Origin: Macrostomum lignano
Lineage: Eukaryota
NCBI GenBank assembly: GCA_002269645.1
Contig: NIVC01001335.1
Location: forward strand, 1 to 64,000
Reading direction: 5' to 3'
DNA: 64,000 bases
This document shows, piece after piece, positions 20,826-34,410 of the stretch. Each line of letters opens with the position of its first letter. Position 1 is the first letter of the stretch. The notes below the pieces were generated by a model. That model had not been told where the DNA came from. It saw only the letters and a program-made list of their open reading frames with translations, and did not search any database. The translations under genes and the position numbers were made by a program.

Positions 20826-22557
20826 ATGGACAGCAGCAAAAAGACGCCAAACGAGCTCAAAGAGAATGGCAATCGCCTGTTCGCCCTGGGCCGCTACAAA
20901 GAGGCCATCGCCTGCTACACCTCCGCTATAGAGAAGTCGCCGCGCGTGTCCAAGTTCTATTCCAATCGGGCCATCTGCCACATCAAGCTGAAGGACTGGG
21001 ACCGCTCCGTGGAGGACAGCCGGCGTGCCATCGAATTGGACGGCCGGAGCGTCAAGGGGCATTTCTTTCTGGGCATGGCCCTGACCGAGCTGCAACGGTT
21101 TGACGAGGCTGTTATGCACCTGAGCAAGGCGCACGACCAGGCTAGGGAGCAGGTGCGAGTCTTTGTTGTCAAATCAATAACACTACTTGCATTTTTAGAT
21201 TTCTGTTGTGCTATGCAATTTTTTAGCTTGGTTTGCTGGGAAATTTCATGTATGTTCAGATAGGGATAATTGGGATTGCAGGTAGGGAGAATGGGATTCT
21301 AAGATAGCTATGAGGGTATTTTAGTTTGGGATTGTGGAATTTTATAATAAGGATAATTTCTGTTTTTGTGTGGGATAATTGGATTCCTGACAAGGAATAA
21401 TGGGACTCCTAACGGGGATAATGGGATTTCTGACCAGGGATAATGGAATTCCGAACGGGATAATGGGATTCCAAACGGAAATAATGGGATTTCTGACCAG
21501 GAATAATGGGATTCCTGACAGGGATAATGGATTTCCAAACGGGGATAGTGGGATTTCTGACCAGAGATAATGGAATTCCAAACGGGGATAATGGGCTTCC
21601 TGACAGGGATAATGGGATTCCTGACAGGGATAATGGATTTCCAAACGGGGATAATGGGATTTCTGACCAGGGATGATGGGATTCCAAACGGGATAATGGG
21701 ATTTCTGACCAGGGATAATGGGATTCCTGACCAGGGATGATGGGATTCCAAACGGGGATAATGGGATTTCTGACCAGAGATAATGGAATTCCAAACGGGG
21801 ATAATGGGATTTCTGACCAGAGATAATGGAATTCCAAACGGGGATAATGGGATTCCTGACAGGGATAATGGGATTCCTGACAAGAGATAATGAGATTCCT
21901 GACACTGATACGGAAATTACAGATAGGGATAATGGGATTTAGTGTGGGATCAGTTCGGTTTCTACAATCAGCATGCTCCTGTATTCCCCAATGTCACCCA
22001 CGCAGGGCCTGAATTTCGGCGACGACATTGCTGCAGAGGTGCGCCGTGCCAAGCGCTCCAAATTCGACCAGCAGGAGCGCCGGCGCCTGGCCCAGGAGAT
22101 CGAACTCCAGACCTACCTGAACGACCTCATCGAGGCCGATCGTCGGCGGCGTCGTGCCGAAGTCGAAAGCTCGAAAAGCGCCGAAGCCAGCGCCGCTGCC
22201 GGAGCGACAGCCGACCCGCAGACGGCCTCTGAGCTGGCGGCTATCGACCAGCACTGCGCCGACATGACCGCCCGCCTGGCCGACCTTCTAGCCACTGTCG
22301 ACGATAGGCGTCGGAAACGCGACGTTCCCGAAGTGCTCTGCGGCAAGATCAGCTTCGACCTGATGCGCGACCCCGTGATCTCCCCGTCCGGCATCACATA
22401 CGACAGGCGCGACATCGAGGACCACCTGCACCGGGTCGGCCATTTCGACCCCATCACAAGGAAGCCGCTGACAGTTGAACAGCTGGTGCCCAACCTGGCC
22501 ATGAAGGAGGTGGTCAGCACCTTCCTGGAGACCAATCCGTGGGCTGAGGACTTCTGA
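20826..22557 (+). CDS. STUB1: E3 ubiquitin ligase CHIP (TPR + U-box), 2 exons, about 292 aa
   Basis: Exon 1 20826-21152 encodes the TPR repeats and is followed by the donor gtgcga. Exon 2 22006-22557 follows cccacgcag and begins GLNFGDDI; U-box [30 protein letters not shown]...NPWAEDF. The intron is phase 0. Confidence 0.96.
21395..21905. repeat. 21-23-bp minisatellite (gggataatgggattcctgaca) in the STUB1 intron
   Basis: Directly visible. Confidence 0.93.
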
Positions 22558-22649
22558 CAGCTTTGAAGCGCATCGAACAGCTTCCGTCTTTGTTTGTTCT
22601 ATCTTTGTTTCGTCTTTGTAGGCAAGTAGACAGGCTAACTAAGACAGGC

Positions 22650-22741
22650 ACACAGACAGACAGACGCTAAACCATGAAGAGACTACGGCACATAGACTGA
22701 TAGAAAGACAGCAATATGACAGACATACAAACACTATGACT

Positions 22742-22805
<64 letters not shown>

Positions 22806-22930
22806 CTAAGACAGACAGACAGACAGACACACTATGACTGACAGACATACAGACTCTATGACAGACAGACAGAAAAACAGACACTGTGCCTGACAGACAG
22901 ACAGACAGACAAACGAATAGACAGACACAC
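22650..22930. repeat. Degenerate (GACA)n microsatellite
   Basis: Directly visible. Confidence 0.9.
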
Positions 22931-23556
22931 AAGGATAGACCTTCAGGTACTAAAAGACCGACACTAGCACAGAAGGGCAGGCAGGGAGACAGGCACATGC
23001 ATACTCGTGCATAGACAATCGCAATCAGCTGTTGCAGAGGCTACAAGTTTCTCTCAGCCCCCACTCACCCCAATAAGTGCATTGCTGTTCACAAACTAAC
23101 CCATCACTTTTCCAATGCTGCACCCCCACTGAACTGCCGCACGCAGGTGGTCCCATTAATTAGCTGGCTCACTGTGATATTTCAGTATTTGTTTTCGCAG
23201 ATCTGTCGCCATTATTCGGGGTTGAATTGCCTAGTCGGACTGGCTGTAGAGCCGCCCATGTAGAATTTTTGTCGCCAATTTACTAATCTCAATTCGAAAA
23301 TCCCTTATGTAAAAGATTACCATTTTATTGATTAATCTTGCTTGCAATGTTAATGTTATTTGTATGTTAATGCGCTCCAACGGCTACTTGAATTAGTAGT
23401 TTGTAGTTGTAATTACTCTTAATTAAGACCTTGTGTTAAATGATATTCAAGTAACTGTTTGCGTCTTATTTAACCGCAGTATGTAAAAGGTTACGCTTGG
23501 CTTTGAGCTTCTTCATTACATCGCTATTACCTACTGTACATGCAGTAAATTTCTCT

Positions 23557-24263
23557 AAGCTACTAAACATTCCTCTTAGCTACTGTACATTCCTATAAGC
23601 TAGTGTACAGTCCCATAAGCTACTGAACTTTCCCATTAGCTACTGAACATTCCTAAAAGCTAGTTTACATTCCCATTAGCTATTCAACATTCCAATTAGC
23701 TACTGAACATTCTTATAAGCTACTGTAGATTCCCATTAGCTACTGTACATTCTTATAAGCTAGTGTACAGTCCCATAAGCTACTAACACTCCTATTAGCT
23801 ATTGTACATCCCTATTAGCTACTGAACATTCCCATTAGCTAGTGTACATTCCTCTAAGGTAATAAACATCCATATTAGCTACTGAACATTCCTATAAGTT
23901 ACTAAACATCCCTATTAGCTACTGAACATTCCTATAAGTTACTAAACATCCCTATTAGCTACTGAACATTCCTATAAGTTACTAAACATCCCTATTAGCT
24001 ACTGAACATTCTTATAAGCTACTGTAGATTCCCATTAGCTACTGTACATTCTTATAAGCTAGTGTACAGTCCCATAAGCTACTAACACTCCTATTAGCTA
24101 TTGTACATCCCTATTAGCTACTGAACATTCCTATAAGTTACTAAACATCCCTATTAGCTACTGAACATTCCTATAAGTTACTAAACATCCCTATTAGCTA
24201 CTGAACATCCCTATAAGTTACTAAACATCCCTATTAGCTACTGAACATCCCTATTAGTTACTG
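23557..24263. repeat. 20-bp minisatellite (agctactgaacattcctatt)
   Basis: Period 20 visible; lies just upstream of TOPORS. Confidence 0.93.
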
Positions 24264-24395
24264 TAATCGTCAGCAGCCCTGAACATACAACAGGATTCCC
24301 CACAAGCCCAGGTACATTAGCGCTGTCCCCAAGCCGCCACCAGCATCAGCCCTCACAAGCCAGTCACCTGTGAATTCCAGCAGCGCGCCTGAGCC

Positions 24396-27300
24396 ATGTC
24401 AGCCAGCGGCTCCTCTTCCTCCGCCTCATCCTCGGCCGCCGCCGCCGCCGCCCAGCCGCCCGCTGGCGGTGGCGAAGACCGCAAACGGGCGCCGCCGCCT
24501 CGCAAGCTGCTCCGCCTCGATCCCGAAGCCGCCGCCACCGCTGCCGCAGTCGGCAAGATGTCGCCGAGGCCGCTGTCTCCGGCGGACAGGTGCGCCATCT
24601 GCCTGTCGGAGCCGGAGAACATCTCGTACGCGTACTCCTGCCTGCACCGCTACTGCTTCGCCTGCCTGCTAGAATGGTCCAAGCGCAAGCCCGAGTGCCC
24701 GCAGTGCAAGCGGCCCTTCAGCTCCATCATTCACAATGTCCGAGCCGACGACGACTATGACGAGTACGCCGTGCCCGTCAATACGGCCGCAGCCGCCGCC
24801 GCCGCCGCAATGGCCGCCGTGGCTTCGCGGATGGCCTTCACGCCGGCTGCCGCCGCCGCTGCCGCCGCGGCAGCTGCAGCCGCCAGAGACAACGGCGGCG
24901 CAGGCGGCGGCTCCAGCAGCGGAGCCGGTAACGGCGGTGACCACGGTCCCCACTTCGCGGCCGGGTCAGCCTTCGGCTACCAGCACCTGTTCGGCGGCCC
25001 CAGACACCACCGGCAGCAGCGGGCGGGCCTGGAGGAGATGCGCATCGACCTCACTGGAGCTGCCGAGGCTGGCGACGCGGGCGGACGGCACGCGGCCTAC
25101 CACCGCCACCATGCCGGCTTCCTGCAGATTCCCCCACAGCTACCTCCGCACCCGCCGGCCGCGCACCACCGGTGGCAGCAGTTCCGGTACCAGATGCGCG
25201 TTCGCGGCGACCAACCCGGATCAGCCACCGTTGCCTCATCAGATGCGGCCGCCGCCGTCCCAGAATCGGCTGAGGAAATTCGCAGGAACCGCCGCCTGCT
25301 GTACCAGCGCCGCATGTACCCGGTGGCCTCAGCCGCCCAGCCAGACGGTGACATTGTCCGCGACGTGTCCCCGTCCTTCTTCGACACCTGCGAGACCCAG
25401 CGTCACCGTCTCGTGCCGTTCCTTCTGCGCGAGCTGTCCTGCGCCGGCTGCCCGGACCCCATGGTGGCGCAGCGCATCGTGCACCACATCCTGCGCCTGG
25501 TGCGGCACCACCGCATCGACTCCGCCGTGTTCCAGCGCATTATGACCGCCTATCTCGGCGGGAACGGGCGCCACTTCTGCGACGAGCTGCTGGCCTTCGC
25601 CCGGTCCCGACACGAGACCATCGCCCAGTACGATCAGGCGGTTGTCTACGCGGTGCGCGAAGCGCCGTCGCCTCCCCCGGCGCCGCTGACCGACGCCGAT
25701 GCCGACTCGCTGTCCGAGGAGCTCCGCCGGGTGGCCCGCAACCAGCGGCCCGGGCCGACCCCGCTGGAGCCGGATGATGCCGAGCCCCAGCTGCCGCCGC
25801 AGCACCGTCACAACTACCACTTTCTGCAGTACCAGCCCCAGACAGTCACGCTGCAACCCCCGCATCAGCAGCACTATCGCCAACAGTTCCAGCTTCCCAG
25901 AGTATCCTATCAGCCTCATCATCCACAGCTGCCTCAGCAGCAGCAGCAGCGGCAGTCCTCTTCGTCCTGGCGCGGTCTCTTTGACCTGTACGCCTACTCG
26001 CCCCAGTACCAGCAGCCGCAACCGCAGCATCAGCAGTTCCCTCTGCCGCCTTCACCGCCGCCGCTGCCGCCGCAGTCTGTCGGCCCGGCGCCGGCTGCCG
26101 ATGACGAAGCCGACGACTACCTGCTGAGCGGCATCATCCGCCACCTGCGCCCGCAGAGTCCGTGGCCTGCTGCGGTCTCGGGCAGGCGGTCGCACATTCA
26201 GCCGCAGCACCCGGCGCCGCCTCTCGGCCCACCGCCGGCCAACCTGCTGGACGATTCGGGCGCCGCCGCCTGGCCCTACGGCGAGGTGCACTTCTTCGAT
26301 GCCAACTCCTGGACCTACGGCAATCCGCAGCCGGACCAGCGGCTACCAGAGTCAACAAACGACGGCGAGGGGGTCCAAAACGACGCGGCCAGTGCGGACT
26401 CGGGCCGGCCCGCCGCCGATGCGCCGCAGGTGATCGTGGAGATGATCAGCGACGATGAGAACGTGCCCACCAGCGTGGCAAACGCCACCGGCGAGCTCAC
26501 GATCACCGATTCGGTGAGGGCGGCGTCCCTGTCAACTTCGGCCGCCGTCAGCGACTCGGACAGCTCCGAGACCGGCAGCTCAGACGGCGAAGAGCGCGAT
26601 CGCGATGGTGGTGAAGACGCCGGCGCAGATGCCGACGGTCAGGCTAGCGACAGCGACTCCTGCGTCATCGTCGGCTACGAGCGGCCCTGGGAGGAACGAA
26701 CCCCCATCAGCCTGTCCTCGGAGTCCGAGGCCGCCGCCGATGAGGAAGACTCCGCTGACGAGGCCGACACCGGCCGGCGGGTCAAGTCCGAGCGTCGGGG
26801 CCTCCTGGCTTCGGCGCCGCTGCTGTCGGAGATGCTGAGTATCGAGGGCGATGGTCAAACAGCCGGGCCGTCCTCCAGCGGCTTCGGCGACTTCGTTGAA
26901 GACAATCAGCCGACCGACGGCAACGCGTCGACTCGACCAAAGCCCTCAACGTCCGGCTTCGTTCGTCGTCGCAGGCGACGGCAGTGGGAGCCGCCTTCGC
27001 CGCCGCGTGAAGACTCAGACAACAGCGCGGACAGCGACGTTGTGGTCGTCTCCGTCGGCTGGGCGACGCCCCCGCCTGTCGGCTTGTCTGGCGGCCTGTC
27101 GCCAGCGGCTACGGCGGCTGCCACCGCCGCCGATTTCCGACGTCGGGCTCGACAATTCGAAAATCGCTGCCGCCAGCTGCGGCGTCGGGATCACCGGCGG
27201 GCGCTGCGGCGGCGCCGGCAGGCTGAGATGTTGTCGTCCGCCTCGTCCTCTGCTGCCACCTCGTCGGCGTCGGACATTGTCAGCAACGCGGCAACCGCCG

Positions 27301-27422
27301 GCGATTCTTCAGTAGCTGCGGAGCCGGCCGAGTCCGCCCTTGTGCTGGACGACGGCTCCCTGCTGCTGTCCGACATTCTCGAGACTGCCGCCATGGCCGC
27401 CGCTCAGGAATATCGCGAGTAG
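24396..27422 (+). CDS. TOPORS: Topors-like RING E3 ubiquitin/SUMO ligase, single exon, 1008 aa
   Basis: RING CAICL...CLHRYCFACLLEWSKRKPECPQC followed by IHNVRADDDYDEY. Conserved block HRLVPFLLREL...RHFCDELLAFARS, CVIVGYERPWEERTP and SIM-like VIVEMISDDE, all recalled as Topors features. Confidence 0.92.
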   Translation: MSASGSSSSASSSAAAAAAQPPAGGGEDRKRAPPPRKLLRLDPEAAATAAAVGKMSPRPLSPADRCAICLSEPENISYAYSCLHRYCFACLLEWSKRKPECPQCKRPFSSIIHNVRADDDYDEYAVPVNTAAAAAAAAMAAVASRMAFTPAAAAAAAAAAAAARDNGGAGGGSSSGAGNGGDHGPHFAAGSAFGYQHLFGGPRHHRQQRAGLEEMRIDLTGAAEAGDAGGRHAAYHRHHAGFLQIPPQLPPHPPAAHHRWQQFRYQMRVRGDQPGSATVASSDAAAAVPESAEEIRRNRRLLYQRRMYPVASAAQPDGDIVRDVSPSFFDTCETQRHRLVPFLLRELSCAGCPDPMVAQRIVHHILRLVRHHRIDSAVFQRIMTAYLGGNGRHFCDELLAFARSRHETIAQYDQAVVYAVREAPSPPPAPLTDADADSLSEELRRVARNQRPGPTPLEPDDAEPQLPPQHRHNYHFLQYQPQTVTLQPPHQQHYRQQFQLPRVSYQPHHPQLPQQQQQRQSSSSWRGLFDLYAYSPQYQQPQPQHQQFPLPPSPPPLPPQSVGPAPAADDEADDYLLSGIIRHLRPQSPWPAAVSGRRSHIQPQHPAPPLGPPPANLLDDSGAAAWPYGEVHFFDANSWTYGNPQPDQRLPESTNDGEGVQNDAASADSGRPAADAPQVIVEMISDDENVPTSVANATGELTITDSVRAASLSTSAAVSDSDSSETGSSDGEERDRDGGEDAGADADGQASDSDSCVIVGYERPWEERTPISLSSESEAAADEEDSADEADTGRRVKSERRGLLASAPLLSEMLSIEGDGQTAGPSSSGFGDFVEDNQPTDGNASTRPKPSTSGFVRRRRRRQWEPPSPPREDSDNSADSDVVVVSVGWATPPPVGLSGGLSPAATAAATAADFRRRARQFENRCRQLRRRDHRRALRRRRQAEMLSSASSSAATSSASDIVSNAATAGDSSVAAEPAESALVLDDGSLLLSDILETAAMAAAQEYRE

Positions 27423-28285
27423 AGGCAGAGCCGGCTTGCTGTGCTGAGCTGCAATGCAATTTATGAGGTTGCAACTACGAAATCTTTCATGGTGAACAGA
27501 CGGAATCTTGTGAAAGCAGTTTATTGCCTAAAAGAAAAATTCAAGTTCTCGTTCAGCCCGTGCGGTTTCCCGGGTTCCTTTGCAAGTATTTTTCGGATAA
27601 AATATTAAAGGTTTTTGGTATTTATTTATAATAATATGGCCTATGTAATATGAGCTATGCACTTTATTATGCACTCACAGACTTCTGCAGTAGTGTAGTC
27701 CGACTATTGCTTCAATTTATTTGTGGAGTTTTTTAGTGCGTGTTTTATCCCCATAAAATTTCTTTGTAACTGTATAATTTCTCTCCATTGTATAAAAGCT
27801 TATTGCCGAATTCACCGCCTGCACCTCAGTCTGGGGTCATCGAGTGCATAAAACAACTCTACTGAATTAACTGCCTATTAATCAACTTTTAATATTTTTA
27901 CAATCGCTTCCAAAGCGTCATAGAAGCTTTGCATCAATGTTGGCAGATTTTGCTATTTATTAGATAATTATAATTAATACCTGCCTACCCAGCACATCCT
28001 ACTTTCTCTAGTAACCTGATTTGAGCATTGCGCGAACTTTCCGTTTTTTATCAACATGTTTGAGAGAAGCTCCCCTCACCTTATACCTCAAACTGGCTCA
28101 AGTCTTGGCCATGGGACACCAAGGCTCCTGCTTACAATTTGATTAGTTTAGTGTTTGCCTATATATGTTATAAATATACATTTTCATTACCTTGTTCCCT
28201 GTTTCAATTATAATATTGATGTTTTTTTGTTTTTTATCACATTGATATCTAATTTTGTATACTTCTTCAATAATGGTTTATCGAT

Positions 28286-29578
28286 CAGTGTCCTATCTGT
28301 CTATCTCAGTGTCCTATCTGTCTATCTCAGTGTCCTAGGTGTGTACGCTCGTATCTTAGTGTCCTAGCTGTCTATCTCAGTGTCCTAGCTGTCTATCTCA
28401 GTGTCCTAGGTGTCTATCTCAGTGTCCTAGGTGTCTATCTCAGTGTCCTAGGTGTCTATCTCAGTGTCCTAGGTGTCTATCTCAGTGTCCTAGGTGTCTA
28501 TCTCAGTGTCCTAGGTGTCTATCTCAGTGTCCTAGGTGTGTACGCTCGTATCTTAGTGTCCTAGCTGTCTATCTCAGTGTCCTAGGTGTCTATCTCAGTG
28601 TCCTAGCTGTCTATCTCAGTGTCCTATCTGTCTATCTCAGTGTCCTATCTGTCTATCTCAGTGTCCTAGGTGTGTACGCTCGTATCTTAGTGTCCTAGCT
28701 GTCTATCTCAGTGTCCTAGGTGTCTATCTCAGTGTCCTAGGTGTCTATCTCAGTGTCCTAGGTGTCTATCTCAGTGTCCTAGGTGTCTATCTCAGTGTCC
28801 TAGGTGTCTATCTCAGTGTCCTAGGTGTCTATCTCAGTGTCCTAGGTGTCTATCTCAGTGTCCTAGGTGTGTACGCTCGTATCTTAGTGTCCTAGCTGTC
28901 TATCTCAGTGTCCTAGCTGTCTATCTCAGTGTCCTATGTGTATATCTCAGTGTCCTAGGTGTGTACGCTCGTATCTTAGTGTCCTAGCTGTCTATCTCAG
29001 TGTCCTAGGTGTCTATCTCAGTGTCCTAGCTGTCTATCTCAGTGTCCTATGTGTATATCTCAGTGTCCTAGGTGTGTACGCTCGTATCTTAGTGTCCTAG
29101 CTGTCTATCTCAGTGTCCTAGCTGTCTATCTCATTGTCCTAGCTGTCTATCTCAGTGTCCTAGCTGTCTATCTCAGTGTCCTAGGTGTGTACGCTCGTAT
29201 CTTAGTGTCCTAGCTGTCTATCTCAGTGTCCTAGCTGTCTATCTCATTGTCCTAGCTGTCTATCTCAGTGTCCTAGCTGTCTATCTCAGTGTCCTAGGTG
29301 TCTATCTCAGTGTCCTAGTTGTGTACGCTCGTATCTTAGTGTCCTAGCTGTCTATCTCAGTGTCCTAGCTGTCTATCTCAGTGTCCTAGCTGTCTATCTC
29401 AGTGTCCTAGCTGTCTATCTCAGTGTCCTAGGTGTCTATCTCAGTGTCCTAGGTGTCTATCTCAGTGTCCTAGGTGTCTATCTCAGTGTCCTAGGTGTCT
29501 ATCTCAGTGTCCTAGTTGTGTACGCTCGTATCTTAGTGTCCTAGCTGTCTATCTCAGTGTCCTATGTGTCTATCTCTT
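28286..29578. repeat. 21-bp minisatellite (tcagtgtcctaggtgtctatc) with recurring longer variant units
   Basis: Directly visible; the variant unit contains gtgtacgctcgtatctta. Confidence 0.95.
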
Positions 29579-29739
29579 TGTCCTGGATGTTTATTCTTCA
29601 TACGTAACTTCATGTTTATGACTTCTAAGCAAGAAAGCAGCAATAACCAGCGATTCTACTTGTAGTAAGCATGGCGCGCATTTCCTAGTAAATGTCCCAT
29701 CATTGAATTTTGCTCCCCCAGATCGGCTAGGCGGTCCGC

Positions 29740-32700
29740 ATGAATTCGCAGCGGCAGCAGCAGGCGAAGCCGGCGGTCCCAGCCTCCTCTTCATCATCAT
29801 GCTCATCTTCCCAGCAGCCGCAGCAGCAGCAGGCCGGCAAGCAGCCGCGGGCCTGGATGGACGCGGATTTTCGTCGCCAGCTGTCCGCCCAACGCGAGCG
29901 AGTCGAAGACGCCTTTGAATTCGAAGGCCGCAAAGTGGGCCGCGGCAGCTACGGCCAGGTGTTCAAGACCAAGCCGAGGAGCTGCGCCGACGCATCCGCT
30001 GGCGACTACGCGCTCAAGCAGATCGAAGGCAGCGGCCTCTCCATGTCCGCCTGCCGCGAGATCGCCCTTCTGCGCGAGCTGAAGCACCCCAACGTGATCT
30101 CGCTGAAGCAGGTCTACCTGGCTCACGAGACCCGCCAGATCTGGCTGCTGTTCGACTACGCCGAGCACGACTTGTGGCGCATGATCAACTTTCACGCCAG
30201 CGCCAAGAAGTGCAACAGCCAGGTCAGCCTGCCGCCCAACTTCACTAAGAGCATCATGCACCAGATTCTCTGCGGCATCCACTACCTGCACTCCAACTGG
30301 GTGCTGCATAGGGACCTGAAGGTAAGGCTGTCTGCGAGTTCTTGCCTCTTGATGATATCCGTTCCCTCCTTTCCTCACTGCATCTCCGCTCCCTCACTGC
30401 ATCTCCGCTCCCTCCCTCACTGCATCTCCGCTCCCTCCCTCACTGCATTTCTGCTCTCTCCCTCACTGCATCTCTGCTCCCTCCCTCCCTCACTGCATCT
30501 CCGCTCCCTCCCTCCCTCACTGCATCTCCGCTCCCTCCCTCACTGCATCTCCGCTCCCTCCCTCCCTCACTGCATCTCCGCTCCCTCCCTCCCTCACTGC
30601 ATCTCCGCTCCCTCCCTCACTGCATCTCCGCTCCCTCCCTCACTGCATTTCTGCTCTCTCCCTCACTGCATCTCTGCTCCCTCCCTCCCTCACTGCATCT
30701 CCGCTCCCTCCCTCCCTCACTGCATCTCCGCTCCCTCCCTCACTGCATATCCGCTCCCTCCCTCCCTCACTGCATCTCCGCTCCCTCCCTCCCTCACTGC
30801 ATCTCCGCTCCCTCCCTCCCTCACTGCATCTCCGCTCCCTCCCTCACTGCATCTCCGCTCCCTCCCTCACTGCATCTCCGCTCCCTCCCTCACTGCATCT
30901 CCGCTCCCTCCCTCACTGCATCTCCGCCCTTCCCTCACTGCATCTTCGCTCCCTCCCTCACTGCATCTCCGCTCCCTCCCTCACTGCATCTCCGTTCCCT
31001 CCCTCACTGCATCTCCGCTCCCTCCCTCACTGCATCTCCGCTCCCTCCCTCCCTCACTGCATCTCCGCTCCCTCCCTCACTGCATCTCCGCTCCCCCCCT
31101 CCCTCACTGCATCTCCGCTCTCTCCCTCACTGCATATCCGCTCCCTCCCTCACTGCATCTCCGCCCTTCCCTTACTGCATATCCGTTCCCTCCCTCACTG
31201 CATATCCGTTCCCTCCCTCACTGCATCTCCGCTCCCTCACTGCATCTCCGCTCTCTCACTGCATCTCCGCCCTTCCCTTACTGCATATCCGTTCCCTCCC
31301 TCACTGCATATCCGCTCCCTCCCTCACTGCATCTCCGCTCCCTCACTGCATCTCCGCTCCCTCACTGCATCTCCGCTCCCTCCCTAACTGCATCTCCGCT
31401 CCCTCCCTCACTGCATCTCCGCTCCCTCGCGCATCTCCCAGCCGGCCAACATCCTGGTAATGGGTGCCACCTCGCCGGAGCGCGGCCGCGTAAAGATCGC
31501 AGACCTGGGCTTGGCGCGCCTATTTCACCAGCCGCTGACTCCGCTAACGGAGATCGACCCTGTCGTGGTGACCTTCTGGTACAGGGCGCCGGAGCTGCTG
31601 CTGGGGGCCCGGCACTACACGAAGGCCATCGACTTGTGGGCCATCGGCTGCATCATGGCGGAGCTCATCACCGACAAGCCGCTGTTCTACTGCAAGCAGG
31701 AGGAGGACATCAAGACCAGCAGTCCGTACAACCGCGACCAGCTGGAGCGAATCTTCAGCGTCATGGGCTTCCCCAGCCAGCAGGACTGGCGGGACCTGCC
31801 GCACCTGCCGAAGTACGGCGACCTTGTGCGCAACTTTGGCACCGGGCAGCAGTACGCCCGCTTCAGCCTTGGCCGGCACATGAGCCGGAGCTTCGGCATG
31901 TCGGAGACCTCGTCCGAGTTCCGCCTGCTCAGCCGCCTGCTGGCTATGGACCCCCTGCGGCGGCCCAGCGCCAGGGAGGCTCTGGAAGACAGGTGGGTCT
32001 GATTGATAGATTTGATTGATTCGTTGATGCAATCATTTTTTGACTGATCATGTGATGCAATTACTAATTGATTGGTTAATCACCTGATGCAATAATTGAT
32101 TGATTGATTAGTTAATCACCTGATGTAATAATTGATTGATTGATTGGTTGATCACCTGATGCACTAATTGATTGATTGATTGATTAGTTAATCACCTGAT
32201 GCAATACTTGATTGATTGATTAGTTAATCACCTGATGTAATGATTGATTTATTGCTTGATTGATCACCTGATGCAATAATTAATTGATTGATTAGTTAAT
32301 CACCTGATGTAATAATTGATTTATTGATTGGTTGATCACCTGATGCACTAATTGATTGATTGATTGATTAGTTAATCACCTGATGTAATAATTGATTTAT
32401 TGATTGGTTGATCACCTGATGCACTAATTGATTGATTGATTGATTAGTTAATCACCTGATGTAATAATTGATTTATTGATTGATTGATCACCTGATGCAA
32501 TAATTGATTGATTGATTAGTTAATCACCTGATGTAATAATTGATTTATTGATTGGTTAGTTAATCACCTGATGTAATACTTGATTGATTGATTAGTTAAT
32601 CACCTGATGCACTAATTGATTGATTGATTGATTAGTTAATCACCTGATGTAATACTTGATTGATTGATTAGTTAATCACCTGATGCAATACTTGATTGAT

Positions 32701-34182
32701 TGATTAGTTAATCACCTGATGCAATACTTGATTGATTGATTAGTTAATCACCTGATGCAATACTTGATTGATTGATTAGTTAATCACCTGATGCAATACT
32801 TGATTGATTGATTAGTTAATCACCTGATGCAATACTTGATTGATTGATTAGTTAATCACCTGATGCACTAATTGATTGATTGATTGATTAGTTAATCACC
32901 TGATGTAATACTTGATTGATTGATTAGTTAATCACCTGATGCAATACTTGATTGATTGATTAGTTAATCACCTGATGCAATACTTGATTGATTGATTAGT
33001 TAATCACCTGATGCAATACTTGATTGATTGATTAGTTAATCACCTGATGTAATAATTGATTTATTGATTGATTGATCACCTGATGCAATAATTGATTGAT
33101 TGATTAGTTAATCACCTGATGCACTAATTGATTGATTGATTGATTAGTTAATCACCTGATGTAATACTTGATTGATTGATTAGTTAATCACCTGATGCAA
33201 TACTTGATTGATTGATTAGTTAATCACCTGATGCAATACTTGATTGATTGATTAGTTAATCACCTGATGCAATACTTGATTGATTGATTAGTTAATCACC
33301 TGATGTAATAATTGATTTATTGATTGATTGATCACCTGATGCAATAATTGATTGATTGATTAGTTAATCACCTGATGTAATAATTGATTGATTGATTGAT
33401 TGATCACCTGATGCAATAATTGATTGATTGATACAATAGTTGGTGATTTGACTCTTTAATCTTACGAGTAATTCATAGACACGCTGACAGGCTGACACTT
33501 CTAATCGCAGGTATTTCCTAGAGGAGCCGCGGCCGGCCGCTGACGTCTTTAACGACTTCGACATTCCGTACGGCAAGCGGGACTTTATCAGCGACAGCTC
33601 GGACAACAAGGATGACCCCGCCAGGGTGAGCGCACTGATCTCAGAGTTTATAATTCGGTTTTCCCATTTTTCTGTGCATTTTCTACTTTTGTGTTGTTTC
33701 TCTTTGCATTGCCATTTAAATTGTGTTTACTGGAGGAGTAGGGAGCGGTCCTCTCATGCAATATACTGGGGTAGCAGCAGTTTTTACAATCTCAACTTGA
33801 ACTAACGATTGCCTTAAATATATTACTCGCAAATTAAAAGCTTTCATCAGAGTCATCTTCATCATTCACTTTTTATTTCGTAGCGCTTTTAAAGTTTGTG
33901 AAGTTTTCTTCACATTTATTCAGTAGTCTGTACCTGTCTTATTGCCACGTAGTCATTCGTATGAACATTCTGCACCAACTGCATCGCTCTCGCTGCCATC
34001 TCTGTCCCTGCTTGGCCCAGCTTCACTTCGCCAGTCGCGGTCGCCATCTCGCTGTGGCTTCCCAGCAACAGCAGAGACCCATCTGCTCGCAGCAGCTGCC
34101 GCATCGCTTCGACTCTGGGGCGAATTGCGGCAGTTTTGGCAGATTTCACTGCAACAGCAGTTTGGTAATTCTGGGGTGAGGC

Positions 34183-34249
<67 letters not shown>

Positions 34250-34257
34250 AGGCACGG

Positions 34258-34288
<31 letters not shown>

Positions 34289-34296
34289 AGGCACGG

Positions 34297-34355
<59 letters not shown>

Positions 34356-34363
34356 AGGCACGG

Positions 34364-34410
<47 letters not shown>

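Noticed and set aside
20826-27422. Two E3 ligases next to an endogenous virus, as an antiviral island or captured genes
   Set aside because: Both look like ordinary host orthologues with host codon style, about 6 kb outside the viral genes; adjacency alone is not evidence.
28286-29578. Repeat array with periodic longer units, superficially CRISPR-like (also the 183-bp and 45-bp arrays)
   Set aside because: The intervening segments are identical rather than unique spacers, there are no cas genes, and the context is eukaryotic.
29740-32019. 759-aa ORF read as a kinase with a large low-complexity insertion
   Set aside because: The insert is a GT-AG intron (30322-31441) filled with a stop-free pyrimidine repeat; splicing restores HRDLK-PANIL.
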